From positions 1 through 63,638 of the forward strand of contig DXEI01000023.1 in the NCBI GenBank assembly GCA_019115045.1: a stretch of DNA of 63,638 bases, in the 5' to 3' direction. Numbering within the stretch: position 1 is the first letter of the stretch; each line of letters opens with the position of its first letter. The position numbers were made by a program, and so were the translations under genes. Shown here piece after piece: positions 21,017-30,924 of the stretch. This stretch comes from Candidatus Gemmiger excrementipullorum. GTDB taxonomy: Bacteria; Bacillota; Clostridia; Oscillospirales; Ruminococcaceae. The notes below the pieces were generated by a model. That model made no database searches. It worked only from the letters and a program-made list of their open reading frames with translations, and had not been told where the DNA came from.

Positions 21017-21925
21017 TTACCGCAGCGTGCCGTCGCGCAGCTGGCGGCAGTACCAGGGTTCTTCGGCGTGGAATACCCGCCCGGCCAGCCGGGCAAAGCG
21101 CGCGTCGCCGATCTGCGCCGGGAACCGCAGCTCCCAGGCGCACAGGGCCTGGTATTTGAACTTCAATTCCCGGTTGGCGGCGTTGTTGCCGTATTTGGAA
21201 TCCCCCAGGATCGGGCAGCCGATATGCGCCAGATGCGCGCGGATCTGGTGGGTGCGCCCCGTCACCAGTTCCACCTGCAGCAATGCCAGCCGCCCGCTGA
21301 CGACCAGCGTCTCGTAACCGGTAAGGATCTCCTTGGCGCCGCTGGCAGGGGTGGATACGACGCGCACCACGCCGCGCTCGGCGTCCTTGCGCAGGTAGTC
21401 GTGCAGCAGCGCGGCGGGCGGCTGCGGGCGGCCGAACGTCACGCAGAGGTAATGCTTCTGGATAGCGCGGTCCTTGATGGCCTGGGTCAGAAACTGTTCG
21501 GCGGCCTCGTTTTTGGCCAGCAGGACCAGCCCGCTGGTGCCGGTGTCCAGCCGGTGGCACAAGACGGCGTGCGGTGGCTGGCCGTTGGCGGCCAGCGTGG
21601 CCTGTACCCGCTTGCATAAGGTATCCTCGGCCGGGCCGTCCACGGCGATGCCGGCCGGCTTGTTGGCGATGAGGATGTCGTCGTCCTCGTACACAAACAC
21701 GGCAGGGGGCAGCGGCTGTTTTTCCAGCTGGTCGTCGGTCAGGTACAGGCGGATGACATCGCCGTTTTGTACGCGGGTGGCCAGCGGCTGCTTTTTGCCG
21801 TTGAGTTTGATCTTATTCTCCCGCAGGGCTTTGTTCAGCCGGCCGGGGCCCAGGGCGGGGAACTGGTCCCTCAGGTATTTGTCCAGCCGCACCGGCAGCA
21901 GGCTTTTTACGCGGATCTCTTTCAC
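21017..21925 (-). CDS. RluA family pseudouridine synthase with S4 domain
   Basis: NKPAG, HRLDTGTSG, TGRTHQIRAH, ILGDSKYG; GTG start overlapping the upstream stop. Confidence 0.93.
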   Translation of the reverse strand: MKEIRVKSLLPVRLDKYLRDQFPALGPGRLNKALRENKIKLNGKKQPLATRVQNGDVIRLYLTDDQLEKQPLPPAVFVYEDDDILIANKPAGIAVDGPAEDTLCKRVQATLAANGQPPHAVLCHRLDTGTSGLVLLAKNEAAEQFLTQAIKDRAIQKHYLCVTFGRPQPPAALLHDYLRKDAERGVVRVVSTPASGAKEILTGYETLVVSGRLALLQVELVTGRTHQIRAHLAHIGCPILGDSKYGNNAANRELKFKYQALCAWELRFPAQIGDARFARLAGRVFHAEEPWYCRQLRDGTLR

Positions 21926-23877
21926 TTTTGTATCGTCTCCAGCTCTTGGTCCCACAGCACGGTGGCGTCGTCAATGTCCAGCGTGACCATCAGCCAGCCG
22001 GGGTCGCTGTCGTCCACCTGCGTGATGGGGTAGGTCTGCCCCGCACATACCAGCGCGGCGGCGTTTTCCAGTTTGGCGCGGGTAAAGGGCGCGTCGGCAA
22101 AGCAGACGGTCTGCTTGGTTTCATCCAGGACGCCGCGGTTCCAAAGCGCGTCGGTGTAATCCGCCAGGCGCAAAGGGTAGGCTTCATCGTAGGGCGTGCA
22201 CAGGCTGTCAAACGTCTGGCACTGCAGCCCGGGCGCGATCACATACCATTGGCTCGCCCCGTCGGCGCTCGTCACTTCGCCGCACCAGGCCTGCGCTTTT
22301 ACCGGTTCCGCCGCCTGTAAAAACGCGCCCTCGCTCTCAAACAGGTACAGCGTGTCGCTGCGCAGCGTCCCGGCTGCCAGTTCCCGCAAAAGCTGCTGGC
22401 GTTCGCTTTCCAGCGCCGCTGCGTCGTAGCGCGCGGCAAAGGGGTCGTTGGTCGTCATGCCGTGGTCGGCGGCATACAGCGCCAGGTGCAGCGCGTCGTC
22501 CTGCAGCCCCTGCACCGAAACGATGTGCGCATAATCTGCGGCCGCCTGCCAGAAATCGCTTTGCAGCCCGGTGGGGAAGGTCTCCTCCCGGCAGGCCTGC
22601 TGCCAGGCTTGGTGGCGCTGCCAGATGCCGGGGCTGACATCCCAGATTTGGACGCCCACCAGCAGCGCCGCCCACAAAAGCGGCCGCGGCAGCCGGCAGA
22701 CGCCCACAAAGGCGGCCAGCACCAGCAGGTAATACACCGGCCAGAACAACCGCCCGCCTGAGCGGAATACCGAGAACAGCTGGATCAGGCGCTCCGGCAG
22801 CGGCAGGGTGAACAGCGTAGCGCCGTTGGCGGTGACGACATGGCTGACGGCAAACTCCGTCAATACCACACAGACGGCGCACAACGCCCAGTGGCTGCGC
22901 AGCCGCCGGGCCAGGGTGCGGCGGCTGCACACCAGCACGGCGGGCAGGGCCAGCAGCACGCCCAGGCCCAGGTAGGCAAAGGCGTCGTAGTTGCCGCCGA
23001 CAAGGTTTTGCGCGGGCAAAAACCGGCTATACACCGTGCCGCCCAGGCCGGCGGGGTTCCACAGCGCGTTGAGGTTCATGGAAAAATAGCCGTACAGCGC
23101 CTGCCCGCCGCTGGTCGCCGTGCCGTACCAAAAGCCCAGCGCTCCGCCCAGCGCCGCCGTGCAGGCCAGATCGGCCGCCAGGTACAGCGCCGGGCCGCGC
23201 CACTGCCGGGCGCGCACGGCGTGTTCCAGCAGCAGGGCCAGCGTGACGGCGTAGGTCATGGGCAAAAAGTACGGGTGGATGCCGATGGCGAGGATGTTGA
23301 GCAAAAACAGCCCGCGCGAAGCATAGCGCTCTTCTTTCCGCAGGCGGAAATACAAGTACAGCGCCGCCAGCACCAGCCACTGCGCCCCCAGCGAGGTATG
23401 GCGGAACGCGCGTTCGTACAAGACCGGGCTGGCAAGGAACAGCGCGCTGCCCAACGCCGGCAGCACCGCGCCCGGCACAAATACCCCGCACAGCAGCGCC
23501 GCAAACCCGCCCTGCAGCATAAAGCACAGCAGCGTGAACCAGCCAAAATACTGGAACGTGCCGCCCAAAGCGCCCGCCAGCGGCCGGCACAGCGCCGCCA
23601 GCAGGGGGATGGAGTCGGTATAGGCGACGCTGACGCCCTGCGGCGCGTTGAGGGCGGTGGTCACGCACAGCGGGAAGCCGACGGCGTCCTGCCGGTAGAA
23701 CAGCCAGCCGGCGTAGTGCTGCTGGATGTCTTTTTCCAGGTAGCCGCCGCGGCAGAACAGATCGTTCGTGACATCCAGCGGGGCCGGGCCGTACACAAGC
23801 AAAAAAACAGCCAGGCCCAGCAGCGCCCCCAGCGCGAACAGAGCCAGACGTTTGGTTTTGGTTTGCGGCAGTTTCAT
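21922..23877 (-). CDS. Polytopic membrane protein, DUF6311/YfhO-like (possible GT-C glycosyltransferase)
   Basis: DIQQHYAGWLFYR, YTDSIPL, FRSGGRLFWP, many TM segments and a soluble C-terminal domain. Confidence 0.65.
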   Translation of the reverse strand: MKLPQTKTKRLALFALGALLGLAVFLLVYGPAPLDVTNDLFCRGGYLEKDIQQHYAGWLFYRQDAVGFPLCVTTALNAPQGVSVAYTDSIPLLAALCRPLAGALGGTFQYFGWFTLLCFMLQGGFAALLCGVFVPGAVLPALGSALFLASPVLYERAFRHTSLGAQWLVLAALYLYFRLRKEERYASRGLFLLNILAIGIHPYFLPMTYAVTLALLLEHAVRARQWRGPALYLAADLACTAALGGALGFWYGTATSGGQALYGYFSMNLNALWNPAGLGGTVYSRFLPAQNLVGGNYDAFAYLGLGVLLALPAVLVCSRRTLARRLRSHWALCAVCVVLTEFAVSHVVTANGATLFTLPLPERLIQLFSVFRSGGRLFWPVYYLLVLAAFVGVCRLPRPLLWAALLVGVQIWDVSPGIWQRHQAWQQACREETFPTGLQSDFWQAAADYAHIVSVQGLQDDALHLALYAADHGMTTNDPFAARYDAAALESERQQLLRELAAGTLRSDTLYLFESEGAFLQAAEPVKAQAWCGEVTSADGASQWYVIAPGLQCQTFDSLCTPYDEAYPLRLADYTDALWNRGVLDETKQTVCFADAPFTRAKLENAAALVCAGQTYPITQVDDSDPGWLMVTLDIDDATVLWDQELETIQK

Positions 23878-23994
23878 AGCGGTAACGCCCCGTTTACAAG
23901 ATGGATCGGTGTACCAGTATACTACCATATCCGGCGGCGTACTGCAATGCGCATTGACATTTTACCCGCCCTGCTGTACAATACTTACCGATAT

Positions 23995-24078
23995 GCCACT
24001 GTGGCGGAACTGGCAGACGCCAGGGACTTAAAATCCCTTGCTGGCAACAGCGTACCGGTTCGATCCCGGTCAGTGGCA
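23995..24078 (+). tRNA. tRNA-Leu(TAA), CCA not encoded
   Basis: GCCACTG/CAGTGGC acceptor stem, AGGGA-CTTAAAA-TCCCT anticodon arm, long variable arm; promoter TTGACA-17-TACAAT at 23954-23982. Confidence 0.95.
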
Positions 24079-24260
24079 TACACGACCCGCTGCGGCGTTT
24101 TGCCGCCAGCGGTTTTTTTGCTTTTTTAAGGCCTTGTTTGTAAAATAAATGCTTGTTTCTTTGCGGGAAATCGTATATAATGTAGTGTATGCCTGCGATT
24201 GCGTCAAAATAGAGGGGATGCAGCAGCAAGCAACATTCTTTGGAAATAGGGGGATATGAA

Positions 24261-25541
24261 ATGGCCGACTATTTTGCGATGGACCGCGCCGCGCTGACGG
24301 CGGAAAAAGCGCAGCTGGAAGCAGAGTACAAAAAGTTCAAGGATATGGGCTTAAATCTTAATATGGCGCGCGGCAAACCGGGCCCGCACCAGATGGACCT
24401 GGCGATGGACCTTTTGAAGATGGAGGACTACACGGCCGCCAGCGGCGAGGATGCGCGCAACTACGGCAACCTGGAAGGTCTGTATGAGGCCCGCAAGCTG
24501 TTTGGCGAGGTCATGGGCGTCCAGCCGGAGGAAGTGTTCGTGGGCGGCAACTCCAGCCTGCAGCTGATGTACAGCCTGATGTCCTTTGGCTTTATGTTCG
24601 GCTTCCCGGAGTCTTCGTGCCCCTGGTCCCAGGTCGAAAAACGCAAATTCCTCTGCCCGGTGCCCGGGTATGACCGCCACTTTGCCATCACCGAGGATAT
24701 GGGCTTTGAGATGATCAACATCCCCATGCATGAGGATGGCCCCGATATGGATATGGTGGAAAAGCTCGTGGCCGAGGACGATACCATCAAGGGCATCTGG
24801 TGTGTGCCGCAGTACTCCAACCCCGACGGCTACACCTACAGCGACGAGACCATCCGCCGCTTTGCCGCCATGAAGACGGCCGCGCCGGACTTCAAGATCT
24901 TCTGGGACGAAGCGTACATCGTCCATCACCTGACCAACGAGATCATCGAGACGCCGGTCCTGCTCAACGAGAGCAAAAAGTACGGCACCGAGGACCGCGT
25001 GTTCATGTTCACCTCGACGAGCAAGATCACCTTCCCCGGCGCGGGCGTCTCGGCGTTTGCCTGCAGCGAAAACTCGATGAAATACCTGTGCAAGCGTTTC
25101 TCGACGATGACGATCAGCTACGACAAGATGAACCAGCTGCGCCATGTCCGCTTCCTCAAGGACAAAGCGGGCGTGCTGGCGCACATGGCCAAACACCGCC
25201 GCCGCCTGGTGCCCTGCTTTGACGCCGTCAAGCACACCTTTGCCCACCAGCTGACGCCCTGCGGCGAGATCGCCCACTGGACCAACCCCAAGGGCGGTTA
25301 CTTTATCAGCTTGTATGTACTGCCCGGCTGCGCCAAGCGCGTGGCCCAGCTGTGCAAAGACTGCGGCCTGACGCTGACCGGCGCCGGCGCCGCCTACCCC
25401 TACCACAAAGACCCCGACGATTCGCATCTGCGCATTGCGCCGACCTACCCGAGCCTTGTGGAAGTGGAAACGGCTTCGGCCCTGCTGTGCGTCTGCGTGC
25501 GCCTGGCCGTGGTCGAAAAACTGCTGGCAGACCAGCAGTAA
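24261..25541 (+). CDS. PLP-dependent class I/II aminotransferase (Rv3722c/AspT-like aspartate aminotransferase subfamily)
   Basis: LNMARGKP, VPGYDRHF, YSNPDG, WDEAY, STSKITFPGAG, LRIAPT. Confidence 0.85.
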   Translation: MADYFAMDRAALTAEKAQLEAEYKKFKDMGLNLNMARGKPGPHQMDLAMDLLKMEDYTAASGEDARNYGNLEGLYEARKLFGEVMGVQPEEVFVGGNSSLQLMYSLMSFGFMFGFPESSCPWSQVEKRKFLCPVPGYDRHFAITEDMGFEMINIPMHEDGPDMDMVEKLVAEDDTIKGIWCVPQYSNPDGYTYSDETIRRFAAMKTAAPDFKIFWDEAYIVHHLTNEIIETPVLLNESKKYGTEDRVFMFTSTSKITFPGAGVSAFACSENSMKYLCKRFSTMTISYDKMNQLRHVRFLKDKAGVLAHMAKHRRRLVPCFDAVKHTFAHQLTPCGEIAHWTNPKGGYFISLYVLPGCAKRVAQLCKDCGLTLTGAGAAYPYHKDPDDSHLRIAPTYPSLVEVETASALLCVCVRLAVVEKLLADQQ

Positions 25542-25589
25542 TGCAGCTATCCCGCCCGCCTGCGGGCAAAATTTGGAGGTTTCGTTTCT

Positions 25590-27908
25590 ATGAACAAGAG
25601 AGGGAAGGCCTGGCCGTTTTTCGTCGTGGGGATCCTGATCATCGCGTTCTCCCTGACGGCGATCTTCGGCGTGAGCTACCAGTACGGTGATACCAAGCAT
25701 ACCTACATCAAAAGCGCGTCGGATATCCGCTTTGGCATCGACATCCGCGGCGGCGTCGATGTGACGTTTATGCCGGAGGGGGACATCGACGCCACCCCCG
25801 AGCAGATGGCGGCGGCGCAGACGGTCATCGAGGACCGCCTGGTCGGCCTGGGCGTCACCGACTATGAGAGCTACGTCGACAGCAACAAAGACCGCATCAT
25901 CGTCCGTTTCCCCTGGAAAACCGGGGAGTCGGACTTTAACCCCCAGGCCGCCATCGACGAGATCGGCACCACGGCGCAGATGGTTTTCCGCGAAGGTTCC
26001 ACGGTGGACGGGGCTGAGATCCTCAGCGGCGACGAGGTGACGTCCGCCAACGCAGCCTATAACGAGACCGAGGGCTGGGTCGTCCAGCTGCGGTTCAACA
26101 GCGAAGGCGCGGAAGCTTTTGCGGACGCGACGGCCCGCATGGCGGAAAACGGCGACACCATCTCCATCTGGCTGGACGATGAAAACATCTCGACCGCCAC
26201 GGTGGACGAGGCGATCACCGGCGGCGAAGCCATCATCAAGGGCAGCTTTGACCAGGAAAGCGCCGCCACGCTGGCCAACCAGATCAACTCCGGCGCGCTG
26301 CCGTTCGCCCTTTCGGCTGAGAGCTACTCCACCATCAGCCCGACGCTGGGCGCACGCAGCCTGGAAGTCATGGTCAGGGCCGGCGTCATCGCCTTTGCGC
26401 TGGTGGCGCTGCTTATGATCGTGCGGTACCGCCTGCCCGGCACCGTGGCGGCGTTCTCGCTGTTGGGCCAGGTCTGCGCCACGCTGGCGGTGGTTTCGGG
26501 TTACTTTACGGTGTTCCCGGGTTCCACGCTGACGCTGCCCGGCATTGCCGGTATCATTTTGGGCATCGGCATGGGCGTGGACGCCAACGTCATCACGGCG
26601 GAGCGCATCAAGGAGGAACTCTCCAAGAACAAGACGCTGGACGGCGCGATCAAGAGCGGCTTCAAGATGGGTCTGACGCCCATCATCGACGGCAACGTGA
26701 CCATCGTCATCGTCGCGGCGATCCTGATGGGTGCGTTCGGCCCCACCGACGGCTTCTGGGCCAAGGTGTTCAACCCGATCTTCTTCTGGTTTGGCCCCTC
26801 CACGGCCGGCACGATCTATTCCTTCGGCTTTACCTTGCTGACGAGCGTGCTGCTGAACTTTGTGTTCGGTGTGTGGGCCACCCGCGTGATGATCCGCGGC
26901 GCCAGCCATTGCAAAGCGCTGCGCAGCCCCTGGCTGTACGGCGGCAAAAAAGAGGGCGGCGCCGACTACAAGACGCCTTCCATCAACTTTGTTGGCAACC
27001 GCAAAAAGTTCTATGCCTTCTCCGGCGTGCTGATCGCCATCGTGCTGGTGTTCTGCGGCGTGTTCGGCGTGGGGATGGATGTTGAGTTCAAAGGTGGTTC
27101 CATGATCACGCTGGCCTACCAGGGCGAAGCCGATCTCGAGGCGCTGGAAACTTCCATCGGCGAGGAACTGGGCCAGAGCAACCTGACGCTGCAGACCGGC
27201 ACCGATATTGCCGGCGGCCAGACGCTGACCGTTACGCTGCCCGGCAGCGAGACGCTGACGACCGAGCAGCTGGACGGGATGCTGGCCGCGTTGAACGAAC
27301 AGTACCCCGACAACCAGTTCGCTCAGAACGAAGTCAGCAACGTCGACGCGACCATCGGCAAAGAGTTCCTGCTCAAGAGCGTCGTCGCGCTGGTCGCGGC
27401 CTGCGTGCTGATCCTGCTGTATGTCGCGTACCGTTTCCGCCGCATCGGCGGCCTCAAGGCCGGTTCCACGGCGGTCGTCGCGCTGCTGCACGATATGTTC
27501 ATCATCTTTGGCGTCTTTGTCATCCTGCGCATCCCCCTTAATGGCAACTTCATCGCCGCCATGCTGACGATCCTGGGCTATTCCATCAACGATACCGTTG
27601 TTATCTACGACCGTATCCGTGAGAACAGCGCCCTGTTCGGCAAACGGCAGATGAGCCTGAAAGAGCTGGTCAACCTGTCCATCAACCAGAGCTTCTCCCG
27701 CTCGCTGATGACGTCCATCACGACCTGCCTGGCGCTCGGCGTCGTCTGCGTGGTGTCGGTCGTCTACCGGCTGGACAGCATCTACACCTTTGCGTTCCCG
27801 CTGCTGTTTGGTATGATCAGCGGCGTCTACAGCACGATCTGCATCGCCACACCGCTGTGGGTCGACTGGAAACTGCACAAGAAAAACCCCGGCAAAAAGA
27901 AAGCCTGA
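25590..27908 (+). CDS. secDF: Fused protein translocase subunit SecDF
   Basis: GIDIRGG, GMGVDANVITAERIKEE, GYSINDTVVIYDRIRE. Confidence 0.95.
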   Translation: MNKRGKAWPFFVVGILIIAFSLTAIFGVSYQYGDTKHTYIKSASDIRFGIDIRGGVDVTFMPEGDIDATPEQMAAAQTVIEDRLVGLGVTDYESYVDSNKDRIIVRFPWKTGESDFNPQAAIDEIGTTAQMVFREGSTVDGAEILSGDEVTSANAAYNETEGWVVQLRFNSEGAEAFADATARMAENGDTISIWLDDENISTATVDEAITGGEAIIKGSFDQESAATLANQINSGALPFALSAESYSTISPTLGARSLEVMVRAGVIAFALVALLMIVRYRLPGTVAAFSLLGQVCATLAVVSGYFTVFPGSTLTLPGIAGIILGIGMGVDANVITAERIKEELSKNKTLDGAIKSGFKMGLTPIIDGNVTIVIVAAILMGAFGPTDGFWAKVFNPIFFWFGPSTAGTIYSFGFTLLTSVLLNFVFGVWATRVMIRGASHCKALRSPWLYGGKKEGGADYKTPSINFVGNRKKFYAFSGVLIAIVLVFCGVFGVGMDVEFKGGSMITLAYQGEADLEALETSIGEELGQSNLTLQTGTDIAGGQTLTVTLPGSETLTTEQLDGMLAALNEQYPDNQFAQNEVSNVDATIGKEFLLKSVVALVAACVLILLYVAYRFRRIGGLKAGSTAVVALLHDMFIIFGVFVILRIPLNGNFIAAMLTILGYSINDTVVIYDRIRENSALFGKRQMSLKELVNLSINQSFSRSLMTSITTCLALGVVCVVSVVYRLDSIYTFAFPLLFGMISGVYSTICIATPLWVDWKLHKKNPGKKKA

Positions 27909-27935
27909 TCCCGGATCAAAAAGGAGGAATTGGAC

Positions 27936-28409
27936 ATGAAATGCCCTTACTGCGGCGCGGTGGACTCCAAGGTCATCGACTCGCGCCCGACGGAGGACGG
28001 CGAAAAGATCCGCCGCCGCCGCGAGTGCCTGAACTGCAAAAAGCGTTTTACCACCTATGAGATCGTCGAGACCGTCCCGCTGATGGTCGTCAAAAAAGAC
28101 CACTCGCGCGAAGTGTTCGACCGCCAGAAGCTGCTCAACGGTATGCTGCGCGCGTGCGAGAAACGCCCGGTCAGCTACCAGCAGCTGGACGACGCGGTCA
28201 GCCGCATCGAGCAGCAGCTGCTCAATTCCTACGACCGGGAGGTCACCTCGATCCATATCGGCGACTTGGCAATGCAGGAGCTCAAGCAGCTGGACGACGT
28301 CGCGTATGTCCGCTTTGCGTCGGTCTACCGCCAGTTCAGCGATGTCAACACCTTTATGGATGAACTCAAAGTCATGCTGGACAACCGCTCAAAACCGGCT
28401 GAAAAATGA
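27936..28409 (+). CDS. nrdR: Transcriptional repressor NrdR
   Basis: MKCPYCG, IRRRREC, ATP cone, [13 protein letters not shown]. Confidence 0.97.
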   Translation: MKCPYCGAVDSKVIDSRPTEDGEKIRRRRECLNCKKRFTTYEIVETVPLMVVKKDHSREVFDRQKLLNGMLRACEKRPVSYQQLDDAVSRIEQQLLNSYDREVTSIHIGDLAMQELKQLDDVAYVRFASVYRQFSDVNTFMDELKVMLDNRSKPAEK

Positions 28410-28757
28410 TTGCCGGATCTGCTGCAGCTGGGTGCAGGCGCGGGCGGTTTCCACCGCCAGGTCGGCGCGGTTGTCGGCCGTAGCGTAGGCGGGCAGCGTC
28501 GCCAGCGTCTGGTTGAACTGATCCACCAGCGTGCGGCGCACCAGCAGCAGCCAGATCTTACTGCTGGCGGCGCTCGTTTGGGCGGCTGTGCGGTAGGCGT
28601 GCTGCGCTTCGCCGTAGCGCCCGGCCTCGGCGGCAGCATACGCACAGTTCAGCTGCTGCCGCAGCTGCCCGGTGCTGGTTTCGACATAACGGCCGGCACC
28701 GCACAGCGCCGCCGCCAGTACCAGTAATAATACCGCGGCGTACCAGTTTCGGTTCAA
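28389..28757 (-). CDS. DUF4363-like small exported protein
   Basis: N-terminal hydrophobic segment, TTG start after GAAAGGGA, overlaps the DUF421 stop. Confidence 0.65.
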   Translation of the reverse strand: MNRNWYAAVLLLVLAAALCGAGRYVETSTGQLRQQLNCAYAAAEAGRYGEAQHAYRTAAQTSAASSKIWLLLVRRTLVDQFNQTLATLPAYATADNRADLAVETARACTQLQQIRQSFFSRF

Positions 28758-29413
28758 GGCAGTCCCTTTCCAGACCACCCCTTGTGGGTGGTCTTTTTTG
28801 GTATCAGCAGCAGTTCGCTGCCGTTATACAGCAACAGCAATACCTGCCGCCGGGCCAGGCCGTTCGCCTGCAAAACGCCGTCGAGCCAGGCTTCGTCCAG
28901 GTGCAGCGCGGCAAGATTCTCCCGGTACAGGGTATCGTCCACCAGCACCGGCAGCAGCGGGGCGGCGTTTTGCCCTTTGGTGGCGGTGCTGATATGCCCG
29001 TTGGGTTCCACGACCGCCCAAAGCACCTCGGCCGGGGAGAAGATGTCCTTGCCGCGCAGCGCCTCCATTAGGTCGCCGGCCGTGATGCGCAGCCGCCGCA
29101 GCGCCGGCTGCAAAATTTCGCCGTCCCGGATGACGGTGACCGGCTTGCCGAACAACAGCCGCGCATACGCAGGGAAGAGGCAGGCCAGCGTGGAACTGAA
29201 GATCTCCAGTACCGTCAGCAGCAAGATCAGCGCCAGGCTGGCCAGCAGCGGCAGATCCGGCTCATCGATGCAGATGGACGCCACGTCGGAGACCAGCAGC
29301 GTCGTCACCAGCTCCGAGGGCTGCAGCTCGCCCAGCTGGCGCTTGCCCATCAGCCGCAGCGCCGCAATGACGGTGATGTAGATCACGACGGTGCGCGTCA
29401 CAGTAGAAAGCAT
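28754..29413 (-). CDS. DUF421/YetF family membrane protein
   Basis: LRLMGKRQLGELQP, GKPVTVIRDG, VEPNGHIS. Confidence 0.88.
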   Translation of the reverse strand: MLSTVTRTVVIYITVIAALRLMGKRQLGELQPSELVTTLLVSDVASICIDEPDLPLLASLALILLLTVLEIFSSTLACLFPAYARLLFGKPVTVIRDGEILQPALRRLRITAGDLMEALRGKDIFSPAEVLWAVVEPNGHISTATKGQNAAPLLPVLVDDTLYRENLAALHLDEAWLDGVLQANGLARRQVLLLLYNGSELLLIPKKTTHKGWSGKGLP

Positions 29414-29481
29414 TGCGGCACCTCCTCATATTTTGGCAGCCCCCCGGCCAAACTAAGGGCAGTGCAAAGGGGGAGTGGACC

Positions 29482-30924
29482 ATGCCGCAGCCGTTGAGCC
29501 GCAGCCTGCCGGAAAACCTGGCCTATCTGCAAAAAAGTTTTGGCGCGTCGGGAGATTTCTATGCCAAAGAACTGGCGATCAGCGGCATCCGCTGCGCCAT
29601 CGTGATGTTTACGGGGCTTTCCTCGCCGGAAAAACTCTGCCACCTGGCGCTGGAAATGCTGGACCGCGACCCCGTCATGCTGGGCGGCAGCGAAGGGCTG
29701 TGCGACTACCTTTTGACGCAGAGCCTCGCGCCGGCCGAACCGCGCCCGGTGGAGGACTGGCAGACCTTTACCCGGATGCTCAGCAACGGTATGACGCTGC
29801 TGCTCATCGACGGCTGCGCGCAGGCGGTCATGTTTTCGACCCAGGAGATGCCGCAGCGTTCCATCGGCACGCCGTCGGGCGAGGGGAACATGCGCGGCTC
29901 GCAGGAGGCGTTCACCGAGCTGCTGCGCAACAACCTTTCGCTTTTGCGGCGGCAGTTCCGTTCCGGCACGCTGGTGGCCGAGATCGCCACCGCCCGCACC
30001 CGCGCCCAGACCGAATACTGCCTGTGCTATGACAGCCGCCTGGCCCCCCGGGAGACCGTCGACGCGCTGCGCGAACAGCTGGCGCAGATCGAACTGCCGG
30101 TATTGCTGGACAGCGCGTACTTTGCCTCGTTTTTAAAGCAGGACAAGCTCAACCTCTTCCCGGCTGCCGCTTATACCGAGCGCCCTGCCACCGCCTGCGC
30201 GCGCCTGTGCGAGGGCAAGGTCGTGGTGCTGGTCTCCGGCTGCCCGTATGCGCTCATCGTGCCCAGCTTTTTTGCCGAACATTTTGAGTGTCTGGATGAC
30301 TATGCTTCGGGCGCAGTGTTTGCAGGGCTGATCCGTTTGCTGAAATATCTGGCGTTTCTGCTGGCTGTGTTCGGGCCGGGGCTGTATGTGATGGCGGTAT
30401 CCTTTGCGCCGGAGATCATCCCGGTGCAGATGCTGACCAAGCTGGCCCGGGCCGAAGTATCGACGCCGCTGCCGCCGATGCTGGAAATGCTGTGCGTCAC
30501 GCTGCTGCTGGAGATCGTGCGCGAAGCCGGGCTGCGCGCGCCGCAGTCCATCGGGCATACCGTCAGCCTGGTGGGCGCGCTGATCCTGGGTGAGACGGCG
30601 GTCTCGGCCGGGATCGTCAGCGTGCCGGTGCTGACGATGGCCGCCGCGGCGACCATCGCCACGCTGGCGGTGCCGTCGCTGTACGAGCAATCCATCCTGT
30701 TCCGGTTCGCGGTCATCCTGCTGGCCGGGGCGTTCGGGGTGCTGGGCGTCGCCTGCGCGGCACTGGTGATCTTGGCCATGGCCTGCGGCAGCGAACCGTT
30801 CGGGTATGACTACCTCTACCCGCTGATGCCGCTGACCCGCACGACCTGGCGCGACGGGTTTGTGCGCAGCATCTGGTCCCGCCTGGCGGGCGCAGGGGAG
30901 GTGATCGGCCGGCATGAAACGTGA
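29482..30924 (+). CDS. Spore germination receptor subunit A (GerA family)
   Basis: RGSQEAFTE.LRNNLSLLRR, YTERP, EIVREAGLRAP, VGALILGETAV.AG. Confidence 0.9.
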   Translation: MPQPLSRSLPENLAYLQKSFGASGDFYAKELAISGIRCAIVMFTGLSSPEKLCHLALEMLDRDPVMLGGSEGLCDYLLTQSLAPAEPRPVEDWQTFTRMLSNGMTLLLIDGCAQAVMFSTQEMPQRSIGTPSGEGNMRGSQEAFTELLRNNLSLLRRQFRSGTLVAEIATARTRAQTEYCLCYDSRLAPRETVDALREQLAQIELPVLLDSAYFASFLKQDKLNLFPAAAYTERPATACARLCEGKVVVLVSGCPYALIVPSFFAEHFECLDDYASGAVFAGLIRLLKYLAFLLAVFGPGLYVMAVSFAPEIIPVQMLTKLARAEVSTPLPPMLEMLCVTLLLEIVREAGLRAPQSIGHTVSLVGALILGETAVSAGIVSVPVLTMAAAATIATLAVPSLYEQSILFRFAVILLAGAFGVLGVACAALVILAMACGSEPFGYDYLYPLMPLTRTTWRDGFVRSIWSRLAGAGEVIGRHET

